This document shows, piece after piece, positions 62,249-64,000 of a stretch of 64,000 nt of DNA. Both the position numbers and the translations under genes were made by a program. The stretch is from Octopus sinensis (lineage: Eukaryota). How positions within the stretch are numbered: the first letter of the stretch is position 1; each line of letters opens with the position of its first letter. The stretch lies in assembly GCF_006345805.1 (NCBI RefSeq), contig NC_043008.1, forward strand, positions 36,208,001 to 36,272,000, written 5' to 3'. The notes under the pieces were generated by a model. That model was given only the letters and a program-made list of their open reading frames with translations. It made no database searches and was not told the DNA's origin.

Positions 62249-63609
62249 GTACTTGAATGGAAGTTGTAATGATTTTTAATTCTTCACTGACATGAAAAAA
62301 GCACCCAGTTCATGCTCTAAAATAGTTGGCGCTAAGAAGGGCATGCAACCATAAAGACCATATCAAAGCAGACATTGGAACTTCATGTAGTCCTTGGATC
62401 CACTGGATCTTGTCAAACTGTTGAATTCATGCCAACATGGAATAAGGGCTTTACATAATGATGATGGTGATAATGATGGTTTGCTGGAGTCTGAGTTATG
62501 AAAATATCTGAGACAGAGAGGTGTAAAATATTGGTAAAAATATTCTTGAACTCTCTCAGCAGAACTTGGGAATGACTCGACTTTTCAAGTATTGCAGTCG
62601 ATTCAAAAGTTTGGGGTGAGGGAAGATTATTCCCATAATTTGTAGGTTTGTCCTGTTTGAAGACCTCTCATGCTAAAAATGGTTTCTAATTTAGACCCGA
62701 AGCCAGCTCTTTTGAAGTTAGTCATAGCATTGAATTCAGTACTTGACAAGTAAGCCTCTGGAGGGGTTGAAAAACAAAGTTGATCTTGGTGTGGTTTAAA
62801 CTTAGAACATAAAATGCTGGAAGAAAAACTTCAAAGCATTTTTTCTTATGGGTAGGCTGAGAGTTGCTGAAGCGTGGAACAAACTGCCGGCATCGGTTGT
62901 TAGTTGTCGGAGCACTGCATCCTTCAAAACTTCCATGTTTCCTGAGATTCACCAACACTACACTTGATTTTCTCCCCTCCATACACATACAAGCATGTTC
63001 ACTTTCCAGACATTTCTACATTGCTGCATGTACTTTATATGCACTTTCTGACAAGTTGTGGTGCACCTGAGCACTGTATACAATAATTTCATTATTATTA
63101 TTATATTTTATTTTTATGCTGTAGGTCCTTGCCTTAATCCTGCCAGGTCCTTGCCTTAATTCTCTAGCATCGATACAGGCTATATCTGGCCCAAATATTC
63201 TTTATGTTTTTTGTTTAAACTAGTGGGATCCAGCCTCTCACACCAACTCTACCATGTCATTTTGAAAATAAACAATCACATCATCGTGTTTTCGAAGCTT
63301 CGAAATAATTCTCGATTTATTCAAAATGATACAAATACATTCTTCAGTATCTCAGGCGTGTCTTGTCAAGGGAGGTAACTCCTACTTGGAGTTTTCTCCC
63401 TTGGTTACTATGCATTTAATGTTACTAGCTATAATTTATTGATAGTGAATCAATATTTTTGTTATTGAATCGACAACAAAATAATGACCCTTTACAATTA
63501 ACACATAATTGTTATATTCATTGCAAACATACAAATAACAAATTTATTTTATTTAATCTTCTTTTAATTCAATAAATATTTTAACTTTGAAACTGAAAGA
63601 ATCCTATTT

Positions 63610-63642
<33 letters not shown>

Positions 63643-63695
63643 CAGAATGAGATAAAAAACCAAGGCTGTGAAGATTTTAGAACATTTATAAATAG

Positions 63696-63743
63696 GTCTT
63701 ACAGCTGTTTCCAGGATATTTATTATATCCTTTCATCAGAGAC
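63696..63743 (-). ncRNA. Minimal type I hammerhead ribozyme motif within a Penelope-like terminal repeat (about 63640-63960)
   Basis: Minus strand reads gtct CTGATGA a AGGATAT aataa ATATCCT g GAAA cagctg TA agac: 4-bp helix I, intact CUGAUGA/GAAA core, 7-bp helix II, palindromic helix III (ACAGCUGU) and a GUA cleavage triplet. Confidence 0.75.
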
Positions 63744-64000
63744 AGTGTGAGAAAATGGTTAAGCAATAGTTAATTTAGATAAGATATGAAATAGAGAGTG
63801 AAGTGGAGGAATGAAAATAGATGTGAGATATGCAGGGATATTGCATTTGTAGGTCCATTATTTAGGCAGAATGGTATACATATAAGATTCCAATACCTTG
63901 TGAGTAAAATCCAATAGTATCTAAAATTGGTCATTCCAAGTATAAAGTTTGTATATATATAGTTATGTGTGTATTTTTCTGTTTGTTCCTCACTGCTTGA

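Noticed and set aside
63124-63230. Next AP5B1 exon after tttttatgctgtag (VLALILPGPCLNSLAS...)
   Set aside because: It contains a 16-nt direct repeat and runs into a MITE-family sequence, with no donor before the stop and no convincing homology.

Overview
Eukaryotic, AT-rich, microsatellite-saturated DNA. The SINE, RTE and Penelope-like repeat content resembles what I recall of Octopus (coleoid cephalopod) genomes; that species assignment is an inference. One host gene is present: AP5B1 (AP-5 complex subunit beta-1) on the + strand. It starts at ATG 16025 and has 14 well-supported coding exons plus one tentative 55-nt exon, about 596 codons in total. Splice phases are consistent throughout if the tentative exon (or another 3n+1 exon) is included, and the gene runs off the right edge of the window. 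I found no supportable coding exon in 1-15,900. The rest is tRNA-derived SINEs, LINE remnants (RTE, CR1, R4/Dong-like, HERO-like, Penelope-like), non-autonomous Helitrons, piggyBac-like MITEs and simple repeats. Most ORFs in the supplied track are microsatellite or minisatellite artefacts. The most notable oddities are: (1) a ~280-bp open-frame fragment of a class IIa HDAC (HDAC4-like, SLYTSPSMPNISLGRP) inserted inside a SINE in AP5B1 intron 3, containing a possible 130-nt poison cassette exon; (2) a ~425-bp tandem duplication that copies an AP5B1 splice acceptor and 71 nt of exon with 100% identity while the rest of the unit has diverged; (3) several near-perfect fold-back hairpins, one with a loop copied from 2.8 kb upstream; (4) a near-canonical minimal hammerhead ribozyme in a Penelope-like terminus; (5) a G-rich 20-bp intronic minisatellite. 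I found no clearly new biological system. All homology calls come from remembered protein motifs, not from database searches.
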